This document shows positions 1-8,126 of a stretch of DNA of 10,207 nucleotides, piece by piece. The stretch is from Atribacterota bacterium (GTDB lineage Bacteria; Atribacterota; Phoenicimicrobiia; Phoenicimicrobiales; Phoenicimicrobiaceae). The position numbers and the translations under genes were made by a program. Within the stretch, counting starts at the first letter, position 1, and each line of letters starts with the position of its first letter. A model generated the notes under the pieces. The model was not told where the DNA came from. It worked only from the letters and a program-made list of their open reading frames with translations, and searched no databases. The DNA lies in assembly GCA_038203565.1 (NCBI GenBank), contig JBBRDV010000050.1:1-10207 (forward strand), written 5' to 3'.

Positions 1-352
1 AAATAATTCCAATGACACCTAAAGGCACTGTTCTTTTCTCAATACAAAGACCATTGGGTCTTTTTATCTTTGCGACTAATTCTCCGACAGGATCCGGTAA
101 TTTCGCAATTGCCAACAATCCCCCTGCCATTTCCTTAATTCTTTTTTTATCTAAGATCAACCGGTCTAAAAAAGCCTTTTCTTTTCCTTCACACTTGGCC
201 GTTTCAAGGTCCGCTGAATTTTCTAACAAGATAAACTCTTCTTCATTTATCAAACTTTCAGCCATGTATTTCAATGCATCATTCTTTTTATCAGTAGAAT
301 AATGTGCTAATTCGTTACTGACTAATAATGACTTTATATTTAAATAAGGCAT
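1..352 (-). CDS. proA: Gamma-glutamyl phosphate reductase (glutamate-5-semialdehyde dehydrogenase), 5' part running off the left edge; native start apparently deleted, possible pseudogene
   Basis: Not in the ORF track. Manual minus-strand translation from ATG 352: MPYLNIKSLLVSNELAHYSTDKKNDALKYMAESL...ENSADL...AFLDRLILDKKRIKEMAGGLLAIAKLPDPVGE...RPNGLCIEKRTVPLGVIGII. LDRL, LPDPVGE, RPNGL and VPLGVIGII are ProA hallmarks. The ATG lies in proB-derived sequence and has no visible SD. Confidence 0.9.
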   Translation of the reverse strand, partial: MPYLNIKSLLVSNELAHYSTDKKNDALKYMAESLINEEEFILLENSADLETAKCEGKEKAFLDRLILDKKRIKEMAGGLLAIAKLPDPVGELVAKIKRPNGLCIEKRTVPLGVIGII

Positions 353-734
353 TAAAGGTATTGCAGGTATTATATTGACGAATCTTATCTTCAAAATCAT
401 TACGGGTTAAAAGCATCTGGGCAACCGTTATTTTATATTTTGAAAAAAGATTTTTATATAAATGCATTACCAATCCTTAACCGACAGCGGCCATCGCCTG
501 TTTTTCATCTAAATTTTTAGGCTTTTGTTGAAAGTGAAATTTACTTGATCCTAGGCCGATTGCCCCTGAAGAAACAATAACAACTTCTCTCCCCTGTGCA
601 TGTAAATCCGAAACAACTTTTGCCAGTTTTTCTAAATAATAATGATTGATTTTCCCGGACTCTTTTATTATGGAAGAAGTCCCGATTTTAATGACTAATC
701 GCTTAATTTGCTGAAAACCCTTTATTCTTTTCAT
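315..734 (-). pseudogene. proB: Glutamate 5-kinase, disrupted (internal TAA at 479-477, 3' part deleted)
   Basis: ProB motifs RLVIKIGTSS, VVIVSSGAIGLG and KQAMAAVG. The frame continues past the TAA as GLVMHLYKNLFSKYKITVAQMLLTRNDFEDKIRQYNTCNTFNALFKYKVIISQ* (stop 317-315) and breaks off just before the expected PIINENDTV motif. SD AAGGAG upstream of ATG 734. Confidence 0.92.
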
Positions 735-751
735 ATTTTTTCTCCTTAAAT

Positions 752-790
752 AAAATAAAAAACTCCTTCATCTCTAAATAGAGACGAAAG
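752..790 (-). terminator. Intrinsic terminator between mutY and proB (T-box-terminator-like)
   Basis: Minus strand CTTTCGTCTCT-ATTT-AGAGATGAAGG (11-bp stem with two G-U pairs, 790-765) followed by AGTTTTTTATTTT. Confidence 0.7.
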
Positions 791-803
791 TAACCATCTT
801 TTG

Positions 804-1892
804 TCAATGATGGTGACTAACATGATGGTTACTATAACTAATAAGTTTTTTAAAGGCAGTGGGAATCGCAATCTGATTTAATTGAGGAATGGGTACCCAT
901 TTTGGGTTATGCGAATCAAAATTACCATCTGAAAATGAAGAAAAATGATATAATTTCATCAACCATATCCGGTGGGTAAAAGCATGATTTACTTCTCCAA
1001 TTAAAACAGGATTCAGATGTATTTTTATTTGATAAGAATTTTCCAGGATATTTTGGATACTGTAACCTCCGGAATTTTCTCTTTTCACTTCCGTTGCCGG
1101 CAAGGCCCACATATCGGCTAAAAGTCCCCCGGGTGGACGTTTGACCAGTAATATTTTATTCTCTTTTAGTAAAAGAGCCATCTCCATGGCAATCTTTTTC
1201 GGCTTTGCCTTCTTTCCCAAATGGGGAATGACTTCCTGTTTTTTTCGCAGAAATGCTTTGCAGGAATAATAAACGGGACAACCGGAACATTCAGGCCGGC
1301 GCGGTGTACAGATAGTCGCACCCAGTTCCATGAGTGCTTGATTAAAAAACCCAACCTTTTCCCGAGGCATTATTTTTAAAACAAGCAGCCGTATTTTTTG
1401 TTTTGTTCCCGCTTTGCTATGATCTGCGGTAATAAGAAAAATCCGACTGATAACCCGGGTAACGTTTCCATCTATGGCCGGTTCCGCTAGATTAAAAGCA
1501 AAACTGGCAATGGCACCGGCAGTATAGGGCCCGATACCGGGCAGATCAAGAAGCTGTTGATAATTATCCGGAAAACGACCCTGAAACTCATTTTTAACAA
1601 TTTGCGAGGTCTGATGTAGTTTTATCGCCCGGTGATAATAGCCAAGACCCTCCCAATATTTCAGCACTTCTTCTATTGAAGCATCGGCTAACTTTTCAAC
1701 CGTGGGAAATCTTTCAATAAATCGAAAAAAATATGGCTTGACTGTTTTGACCTGAGTCTGTTGTAACATGATCTCCGAAATCCATATATGATAAGAATTA
1801 TTTGTTTCTCTCCAGGGTAATGAACGATGGTTGATATGATACCAGTTCACTAAATCCTGTTGGAATCGGATAACCGGAAATATTTTTAGCAA
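804..1892 (-). CDS. mutY: A/G-specific adenine glycosylase MutY
   Basis: WISEIMLQQTQV, WEGLGYY, HhH motif LPGIGPYTAGAIAS, DGNVTRV, 4Fe-4S motif CTPRRPECSGCPVYYSC, and a NUDIX-like C-terminal domain (GLLADMWALP, HAFTH). TTG start; exact start uncertain. Confidence 0.96.
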   Translation of the reverse strand: MLKIFPVIRFQQDLVNWYHINHRSLPWRETNNSYHIWISEIMLQQTQVKTVKPYFFRFIERFPTVEKLADASIEEVLKYWEGLGYYHRAIKLHQTSQIVKNEFQGRFPDNYQQLLDLPGIGPYTAGAIASFAFNLAEPAIDGNVTRVISRIFLITADHSKAGTKQKIRLLVLKIMPREKVGFFNQALMELGATICTPRRPECSGCPVYYSCKAFLRKKQEVIPHLGKKAKPKKIAMEMALLLKENKILLVKRPPGGLLADMWALPATEVKRENSGGYSIQNILENSYQIKIHLNPVLIGEVNHAFTHRIWLMKLYHFSSFSDGNFDSHNPKWVPIPQLNQIAIPTAFKKLISYSNHHVSHHH

Positions 1893-1999
1893 TTTTTATT
1901 GCATCCTTCCTGTAGTGATAAAATATGATGATTTATCTCTTGAATTTGTATTAATATGAATAATACAATGGATCTATTATAGTTAAACTCGCCCTTTTT

Positions 2000-2008
2000 T
2001 GGTATAAT
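2000..2008 (+). promoter_or_regulatory. Extended -10 promoter candidate for the nitroreductase gene
   Basis: TGGTATAAT matches TGnTATAAT, about 110 nt upstream of ATG 2119; no clear -35. Confidence 0.45.
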
Positions 2009-2118
2009 TTAAATACAAGGGCAAAAGAATACTATCACACTAATGGAAATGATTTAAATAAACCAACCTAAAATATTATTTAAAAGATAAAAAAAATTTA
2101 AAAAAGAGGTGCTGTAAA

Positions 2119-2667
2119 ATGGACGTTAATCTATTATCATTGTTAATGAAACGGAGAAGCATCAGAAAATATGAAAATAAAAAAGTAGAACAAGAAAAGG
2201 TAGACAAAATAATTCAGGCTGCATTACTGTCTCCATCCGGACACGCCAAATACCCCTGGCAGTTTATTGTGGTTGATGATAATAATTTGCTATCCCGATT
2301 ATCTTTTTCTAAAATGCAGGGCTCTGCATTTTTGTCCAATGCCCCTCTGGGAATCGTGGTTGCGGCAGATCAGAATCTATCAGATACCTGGGTGGAAGAT
2401 GCTTCCATTGCTTCTATACTTATGATGCTAACCGCACATTGGTTGGGTTTAGGGAGTTGCTGGATTCAAATAAGAAAAAGAATGTATTCGGAAGTCAAAA
2501 CTGCCGAAGAATATATTAGGGAAATACTTAAAATACCTGAAAATGTAAACGTCTTGTCTATCATTGCCCTTGGTTACCCTAATGAAGAAAAAATGCCGAA
2601 AAGTGAAAATAAATTATTATATGAACGCGTATTTTATAACTCTTTCGCAAAAATACTAAATAGTTAA
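2119..2667 (+). CDS. Nitroreductase family protein (NAD(P)H-flavin oxidoreductase)
   Basis: RRSIRKY, AALLSPSG..YPWQFIVV, DASIA, AHWLGLGSCWI, IIALGYP. SD GAGGTG upstream. Confidence 0.93.
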   Translation: MDVNLLSLLMKRRSIRKYENKKVEQEKVDKIIQAALLSPSGHAKYPWQFIVVDDNNLLSRLSFSKMQGSAFLSNAPLGIVVAADQNLSDTWVEDASIASILMMLTAHWLGLGSCWIQIRKRMYSEVKTAEEYIREILKIPENVNVLSIIALGYPNEEKMPKSENKLLYERVFYNSFAKILNS

Positions 2668-2763
2668 TTTACCGGATAGATTTATAATCCTGGGTCAATC
2701 AATATCACCCTGGTAGCAACAATAAACCGAAGCTCAAAAGAATATCATCTTTACTTTGTCATT

Positions 2764-3229
2764 CTACTCATTCCGTTTTAATTGGTCCATAATTTCCTCA
2801 ACATGGCCTTCTACTTTGACTTTGGGGAATATTTTCATGATATTCCCCTCTTTATCAATCAAAAAAGTAGTCCTCTCAATCCCCATATATTCCCGGCCGT
2901 ACATCTTCTTCGTCTTCCAGACACCATATAATTCACAGACCTTGCCCTCTCCATCGCTAAGCAGTACAAAAGGTAAATTATATTTATTAATAAAGTTAAG
3001 GTGAGATTTCGTACTATCTTTACTGACACCCAAAATAACGGTATCGGTTTCCTTGATTTCCTCATAATTGTCTCTGAAATTAATGGCTAAGGGTACATCC
3101 CTTGGTATTGTCCTTCGGGTAAAAGTATAAAATAACATTCTTCTCTCTGAAATTTGATAAGGCTACATCATTCCCCTGACTATCAGGTAGAGTAAAATCA
3201 GGCGCTCTCATTCCTACTTTTAATTCCAT
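2764..3229 (-). pseudogene. bcp: Peroxiredoxin BCP/PrxQ, frameshifted at about 3089/3088
   Basis: SD AGGAGG (3242-3237) and ATG 3229 give MELKVGMRAPDFTLPDSQGNDVALSNFREKNVILYFYPKDNTKGCTLSH* (stop 3082-3080). The rest, AINFRDNY...ILGVSKD...GIERTTFLIDKEG...KVKVEGH, is in the adjacent frame (ORF-track 2764..3138, whose first about 17 aa are spurious). Confidence 0.9.
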
Positions 3230-3243
3230 TTTTTTACCTCCTT

Positions 3244-3411
3244 TTATTTTAAAGGACTACCCGGACAGGATGGTTTTAAGGCGATAACATCTATCTCAAC
3301 CAAAACTCCCGGAGGGAATGCTTTGACCGTGCTGGTGGTTCGCGCAGGCGGTTCAACAGAAAAAAATTCTTGAAATACCTCATTCATTCCTTTAAAATCA
3401 TCGATGTTTAA
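3244..3411 (-). pseudogene. ridA: RidA/YjgF/UK114 family enamine deaminase, C-terminal half only
   Basis: Manual translation LNIDDFKGMNEVFQEFFSVEPPARTTSTVKAFPPGVLVEIDVIALKPSCPGSPLK*. DF..MNEV, PPAR and VEID are RidA C-terminal motifs. The N-terminal half is missing. Confidence 0.85.
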
Positions 3412-3458
3412 TTTGTCACCCTGGAATAAGCCGCTAAAACATCTGAATAATTTACCAT
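3408..3458 (-). pseudogene. 16-codon 5' remnant of a gene, resembling the N-terminal helix of threonine/serine dehydratase family enzymes
   Basis: SD GAGGT (3471-3467) 8 nt before ATG 3458; MVNYSDVLAAYSRVTN*. The pattern x-x-D-V-x-A-A-x-x-R-V/I resembles IlvA/TdcB/serine racemase N-termini. Family assignment is inference from only 16 aa. Confidence 0.45.
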
Positions 3459-3603
3459 TTTTGATTACCTCATTTTTTTATTATCTATCTATGCGAAGTT
3501 AAGAGCAAACTGAATCTGCAAAGAAATTTCTACAGGCAAGCCGTCTTTATCAATATTAAATTTTCCCTAAAACAGTTTATCGTAACTCTTTTTTGTCCTG
3601 TCA

Positions 3604-4071
3604 TCAAAATAATTTGCTCAATTTTTCAACCATTTCAGTAATCTGTTTTTCACGGCTAGGTTTTGACCAGTTAACGACTGCGGTTCCGCAAATAGTTGCT
3701 CCCTTGGATTCACAGATTTTTTTCATTTGCCCGATTGCGCGATTTCCCCCCAACCAGGGGAAAAGGAAAAATTGAGTTACCAAAAAAGCAACTTTTTTAT
3801 CCTGTAGTGATTTTATCTGTGACAGATAGGTTTTCATTGCAGATGATAGGGAAAAGGCCTGCACCGGAGAACCAAACACCAGCGCATCGTATGAATCGGT
3901 ATTGGGAAGCGTTTCAAACTTAATATCTTTTGTTCCCGGTCTCACTTTACCGATTACTTTTAGTCTGTCGATGTTCACAGAATGTCCGGCTTTGACAAGT
4001 TTCTCCTTGAGCTTCTGGGAAACGGAATAGGTGTTACCGGTTTCAGAATATAAAATAATACCAATATTCAT
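3604..4071 (-). CDS. Flavodoxin family protein
   Basis: FMN phosphate loop IILYSETGNT, YDALVFGSPV, KKVAFLVT. SD AGGAGG at 4085-4080. Tandem TGA TGA stop. Confidence 0.88.
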   Translation of the reverse strand: MNIGIILYSETGNTYSVSQKLKEKLVKAGHSVNIDRLKVIGKVRPGTKDIKFETLPNTDSYDALVFGSPVQAFSLSSAMKTYLSQIKSLQDKKVAFLVTQFFLFPWLGGNRAIGQMKKICESKGATICGTAVVNWSKPSREKQITEMVEKLSKLF

Positions 4072-4243
4072 AATAAATTCCTCCTACTGTATATTTAAAG
4101 CCCGATAAAAGGAAGCAATGCTCCTTCTCAATGAATTTCAAAAACAGATGATATAGTATAGTTGTTTTAAAGGTCGGCAGCATTTTAAATCTTTAGATTA
4201 TTCATCTTGAGATAGCAGATGACTATGTGATATGTATAATTAC

Positions 4244-4272
4244 ATTTTATATATAGGGCGTGAATATGTCAA
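4244..4272 (-). promoter_or_regulatory. Sigma70/sigmaA promoter oriented towards the flavodoxin gene
   Basis: TTGACA (4272-4267), 17-nt spacer, TAAAAT (4249-4244). Confidence 0.7.
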
Positions 4273-4320
4273 TGAGTGGCGTTGTACTGATATTCAAAAA
4301 ACAAAAACACCTTGTTTTTC

Positions 4321-4347
4321 TGAAACAAACAACCGCCCCCTGTCACA
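4321..4347. repeat. Degenerate 27-bp REP-like palindromic element, copy 1
   Basis: TGAAACA-AACAACCGCCCCC-TGTCACA: 7-bp imperfect arms around a 13-nt C-rich core. Related in reverse complement to 8671-8697. Confidence 0.5.
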
Positions 4348-4393
4348 ACATAAGATGAATTTTTTTGGAAAAAGAACATTCTTTGGTTATTTT

Positions 4394-4402
4394 TGATATA
4401 AT
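4394..4402 (+). promoter_or_regulatory. Extended -10 promoter candidate for the PAP2 gene
   Basis: TGATATAAT matches TGnTATAAT, 32 nt upstream of ATG 4435, followed by SD GGAGG/AAGGTG. Confidence 0.5.
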
Positions 4403-4434
4403 AAAGCATTATAATTAGGGAGGAAGGTGATGTT

Positions 4435-5334
4435 ATGGATACCATTTTTCAGTGGGGATTAAATTTCATTATTATGATTCAAAAGATTGATACACCATTG
4501 CTGGATTCTTTTTTTCGAGCTATTACTTCACTGGGAGATGGATTATTTTACTTGCTTTTATTTTCCTTCCTCCTTTGGTGTGTTGACTTTTATTTGGGGA
4601 TACGGGTCGGAATTATCTTTTTATTATCCGTTTATGTTAATAACGGATTAAAAGAGATATTCCAGCAGACCCGCCCTTATGATATTTTACCTGAAATTCA
4701 AAAGGTTTATGCCTCTGGATATGGTTTTCCCAGCGGCCATGCCCAGTCTTCCCTGGTGGTCTGGGGGAGTATAGCTTATTGGAAAAGGCAAATCTGGATT
4801 CGCAACCTTTCTGTTTTACTGATTCTTTTGATTGGATTTTCCCGCATCTATCTGGGCGTCCATTTTCCTACCGATATTCTGGGAGGGTGGTTATTTGGCG
4901 GACTCATTCTCTGCTTGAGTTATTTTATTTTTGTAAAGAGCAAAATCGATTTTATTCAAGGAAATATGATATTTAAAATCATTTGCATTACGCTATTTCC
5001 GGTAATCCTATTACAAATTCAATCATCACCGGATATTATCAGTTCGGTGGCCGCTTTGACCGGTATTGGCTATGGTCTGCTATTATTTCATTCTTTTATT
5101 GGAGAGATTCGACCGGGGCACTGGCTGCAGCGGCTTTTAAGTTTTTTGCTTGGAATTATCGGAATAGGGATACTCTATCTGGGATTGAAATTCATATTTC
5201 CTTTAGAAGGCCAGCCCTTCTACCAATTAAGCCGGTTTTTTCGTTATCTGTTACTGGGTATATGGATCAGTTTTGGGGCACCCTGGTTATTTATCCGGAT
5301 GGGATTAGCCGGTCAAGTAGAGAAAAAATCATAA
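4435..5334 (+). CDS. PAP2 family membrane phosphatase (undecaprenyl-PP/phospholipid phosphatase-like)
   Basis: Three PAP2 motifs: KEIFQQTRP, GFPSGH and SRIYLGVHFPTD; multiple hydrophobic helices. Confidence 0.93.
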   Translation: MDTIFQWGLNFIIMIQKIDTPLLDSFFRAITSLGDGLFYLLLFSFLLWCVDFYLGIRVGIIFLLSVYVNNGLKEIFQQTRPYDILPEIQKVYASGYGFPSGHAQSSLVVWGSIAYWKRQIWIRNLSVLLILLIGFSRIYLGVHFPTDILGGWLFGGLILCLSYFIFVKSKIDFIQGNMIFKIICITLFPVILLQIQSSPDIISSVAALTGIGYGLLLFHSFIGEIRPGHWLQRLLSFLLGIIGIGILYLGLKFIFPLEGQPFYQLSRFFRYLLLGIWISFGAPWLFIRMGLAGQVEKKS

Positions 5335-5340
5335 AATCGA

Positions 5341-5375
5341 GAAAGACATGGAGTTAATTTTTCCCCATGTCTTTC
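5341..5375. terminator. Hairpin between the convergent PAP2 and lon genes; probable (bidirectional) terminator
   Basis: Perfect 11-bp inverted repeat GAAAGACATGG (5341-5351) / CCATGTCTTTC (5365-5375). U-tails are only moderate. Confidence 0.65.
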
Positions 5376-5447
5376 CACTATACTGCTTTTTAACTTTTTA
5401 GTTTCTTGATATAAACTACCCTTATTTATGGCATGAACTTTAACCGA

Positions 5448-7877
5448 TTATGTCAAACTAAATGTCCCCTTTCTTGTACTTTCTTGTATTCTTACACTTT
5501 CTGTGTCGATATCTGCCGTATCTATAATGCGAAAATGAAATTTATTTGCTTCTGGCAGTTTAATGCCTAAAGTCTCGTGAATTAATTCTTCTATGGTTTC
5601 GATAAAAATAAACTGGATATCTTTCTTTACTTCATCCGGAACATCGTAAAGGTACTTTTTATTTCCCAAAGGAAGGAGTATTTTTTGGATACCGGAACGA
5701 TGTGCGGCTATTACTTTTTCCTTAATTCCTCCCACGGGAAGCACTGCCCCCCTCAAAGATATTTCACCAGTCATGGCTGTTTTAGGGTCTACAGGTATTC
5801 CGGTAAACAGTGATGCTATTGACGTAAATAGTGTCACGCCTGCTGATGGTCCATCCTTGGGGATAGAACCCTGCGGTATATGAATGTGAAGGTCATGTTT
5901 ATTAAAATGAATATCCTTCAATCTCAAAACCAATCTCGACCTGATCAAACTTTGAGATATTTTAGCTGACTCTTTCATGACCTCGCCTAATTGTCCCGTT
6001 AACATTAACTCACCTTTTCCCGGCATAAAGGCACTCTCAATAAATAAAATATCTCCACCTACCGGTGTCCAGGCTAATCCGGTAACCACTCCGGGCGGAT
6101 TTGATTTCTTAACTTTATCATAAGTGGAAATTTCAGGTCCTAAAATATCAAATAAACTTTCTTCTTTGACCATATAAGGAAGTTCCACCTCATCAACTAC
6201 AATTTTTTCTGTCGCATGTCTGGCTATCGCTGATAATTGTTTTTTAATCCCTCTCACCCCGGCTTCCCGGGTATATTTGTCTATAATCGCCTTCAATGCA
6301 TCATCTTCTATCTTTAATTGCTCATGCTTTAGACCATGATATTCCAAAACCTCATCAATCAGATAATCTTTGGCGATATGAAATTTCTCGGTCGTAGTAT
6401 AACTGCTAATCTGAATGATTTCCATTCTATCTTTCAACGCATCGGGAATTTCCTTCAGGGAATTTGCTGTTCCGATAAAAAATACATTCGACAGATCATA
6501 GGGAATTTCCAGATAATGATCAGAGAAGGAGTTGTTTTGCTCGGGATCCAGCACTTCCAATAATGCACTGGACGGGTCTCCCATATTAGAAGCCCACAGT
6601 TTATCCACCTCATCCAATATAAACACCGGATTATTGGTTCCTGCTTTTTTGATTCCCTGTATAATTCTTCCCGGAAGAGCACCAACATAAGTTCTCCTAT
6701 GCCCTCTTATCTCTGCTTCATCTCTTACTCCTCCCAGACTTATTCTCACATATTCCCTTTTAAGTACCTTGGCAATACTTTTTCCCAGACTGGTCTTTCC
6801 GGTTCCCGGAGGTCCTACCAGAAGGAGTATTGAACCCTGTTGATTATTCTTAAGCTTCATCACGGTTAAATGTTGAATGATTCTTTCCTTCACCTTATCC
6901 AACCCATAGTGGTCTTTTTCTAAAATATTTTTTGCTTCTTTAATATCTACTTCCTTTACGCTGCTTTTTCCCCAGGGAAGTGAGGTCAATAAATCTAAAT
7001 AGTTTCTAATTACATTGGTCTCCACACTAATCGGACTTTGATTTTGTAATTTTTCATATTCTTCCCGGGCAATCTCTTTTACATCTTCAGGCATTTTAGA
7101 TTCATTGATTAACTGCAAATAATCCTTCTTTTTACTTTCTGAAGGTTTACCTTCATTTAATTCTTCCTGTATCGCTTTTAATTGTTCTCTCAGCATCCTT
7201 TCTCTATATTGTTTATTGACTTCACCGGTTAACTTTGCATTCATCTCCATTTGAAATTCGATATTTTCCTTTTGTTCGATTAGAATATCTAAAAACTTTA
7301 AACTTTTCTTTCTTCTGGATCTCATTTCCAATAATTCTTGTTTTTCAAAACTGGATATATTGATGAACTGCATCAAATAACTGATCAGCAGTTCCAAGTC
7401 CTTCATGCTTTGGATATATTGAATATACCTTTCAGAACCTATAAATTTCCCGCTAATTTCAGCGGTGACTGTCTTAACATATTCCAGCATTTGATTTTGT
7501 GTATTTTTGTCTAAATCTTCAATATCCGGCGCTATTTCGTATTTACCGATACAATAACCCTGCTCCTGACGTATATTCTTCACCTCTACCCTATCCAATA
7601 CTTCTACATTGATATCATAGGTTATTTTTGACTCAACTATCTGCTCAATTTTCACCAAACTTCCCATGGTATACAAATCTTTTTCCTGGTAAGTTTCGAA
7701 ATTACAACCCTCTTTTAAAAGCAGTGCAATAGCATAGTTATCATCCTGCTTAATCCTAGAAGATATTTTTTCGCCTAATGATTTCTTAATTTTTATCGTA
7801 CTTTTTATTCCTTTAAATAGTACCTGACCAGGCATCGCTATAATAACTAACTCATCTTTTACTTGATTATCTTTCAT
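5448..7877 (-). CDS. lon: ATP-dependent protease La (LonA), 809 aa
   Basis: Walker [30 protein letters not shown], Walker [25 protein letters not shown], catalytic Ser in PKDGPSAG and Lys in GGIKEK. Start moved to ATG 7877 because the ORF-track GTG (7886) is part of the SD GAGGTG, 6 nt upstream of that ATG. Confidence 0.97.
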   Translation of the reverse strand: MKDNQVKDELVIIAMPGQVLFKGIKSTIKIKKSLGEKISSRIKQDDNYAIALLLKEGCNFETYQEKDLYTMGSLVKIEQIVESKITYDINVEVLDRVEVKNIRQEQGYCIGKYEIAPDIEDLDKNTQNQMLEYVKTVTAEISGKFIGSERYIQYIQSMKDLELLISYLMQFINISSFEKQELLEMRSRRKKSLKFLDILIEQKENIEFQMEMNAKLTGEVNKQYRERMLREQLKAIQEELNEGKPSESKKKDYLQLINESKMPEDVKEIAREEYEKLQNQSPISVETNVIRNYLDLLTSLPWGKSSVKEVDIKEAKNILEKDHYGLDKVKERIIQHLTVMKLKNNQQGSILLLVGPPGTGKTSLGKSIAKVLKREYVRISLGGVRDEAEIRGHRRTYVGALPGRIIQGIKKAGTNNPVFILDEVDKLWASNMGDPSSALLEVLDPEQNNSFSDHYLEIPYDLSNVFFIGTANSLKEIPDALKDRMEIIQISSYTTTEKFHIAKDYLIDEVLEYHGLKHEQLKIEDDALKAIIDKYTREAGVRGIKKQLSAIARHATEKIVVDEVELPYMVKEESLFDILGPEISTYDKVKKSNPPGVVTGLAWTPVGGDILFIESAFMPGKGELMLTGQLGEVMKESAKISQSLIRSRLVLRLKDIHFNKHDLHIHIPQGSIPKDGPSAGVTLFTSIASLFTGIPVDPKTAMTGEISLRGAVLPVGGIKEKVIAAHRSGIQKILLPLGNKKYLYDVPDEVKKDIQFIFIETIEELIHETLGIKLPEANKFHFRIIDTADIDTESVRIQESTRKGTFSLT

Positions 7878-8077
7878 GATTTTCACCTCATTTCTTATAT
7901 TTGAACTACTTCTTGCGCTCCCGTTTCTGTGATTTCTTTTGTTAATGTAGCTTCTATTAAATGAACATCTCTCCCATCTCTTTTAAAGAGTTGTCCAACT
8001 TATTACAAAACTTCCGTTGCTTTTTATTTCATATTCGGTATTCTTTTTTTTAACCACATTCTTATTCAAGAATTTTC

Positions 8078-8106
8078 AATAGTTAGTTATACTTAACCTA
8101 ACTATT
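8078..8106. promoter_or_regulatory. Palindromic operator upstream of lon (putative MarR box 1)
   Basis: AATAGTTAGTT-ATACTTA-ACCTAACTATT: 11-bp arms, 10/11 complementary, 7-nt spacer. Near copy at 8555-8583. Confidence 0.7.
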
Positions 8107-8126
8107 ACCACAAAAAAATAGACTTT

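Noticed and set aside
12..302. 96-aa plus-strand ORF
   Set aside because: Antisense shadow of proA; no motifs or SD.
477..479. TAA reassigned to Gln (alternative genetic code)
   Set aside because: TAA is the normal stop of the nitroreductase, PAP2, lon and marR genes in this window, and proB is independently truncated.
922..1354. Two 62-aa minus-strand ORFs
   Set aside because: Alternative frames inside intact mutY.
2756..3065. ORFs 2756..3004 (+) and 2859..3065 (-)
   Set aside because: Antisense and alternative-frame shadows of bcp.
3086..3103. Programmed +1 frameshift at CTT-AGC with upstream AAGGGA (prfB/Ty1-like)
   Set aside because: A +1 slip would give GCTLAINFRD, lacking the conserved Glu; the A-site codon is not a stop. 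A 2-nt deletion explains the sequence better.
3490..3570. Startless minus-strand frame GKFNIDKDGLPVEISLQIQFALNFA*
   Set aside because: 25 codons, bounded by stops, no recognisable family.
3593..3923. ORFs 3593..3775 and 3696..3923 (+)
   Set aside because: Antisense to flavodoxin; no coding signals.
4086..4243. FMN riboswitch upstream of flavodoxin
   Set aside because: None of the conserved RFN motifs (such as GGGTGAAATTCCC or ACCGG.GG) are present.
4779..5357. ORFs 4779..4976 and 4983..5357 (+)
   Set aside because: Alternative frame within the intact PAP2 gene.
6336..6688. ORFs 6336..6563 (+) and 6455..6688 (-)
   Set aside because: Shadows inside lon.
7884..7886. GTG start for lon
   Set aside because: It is part of the SD (GAGGTG) of ATG 7877.
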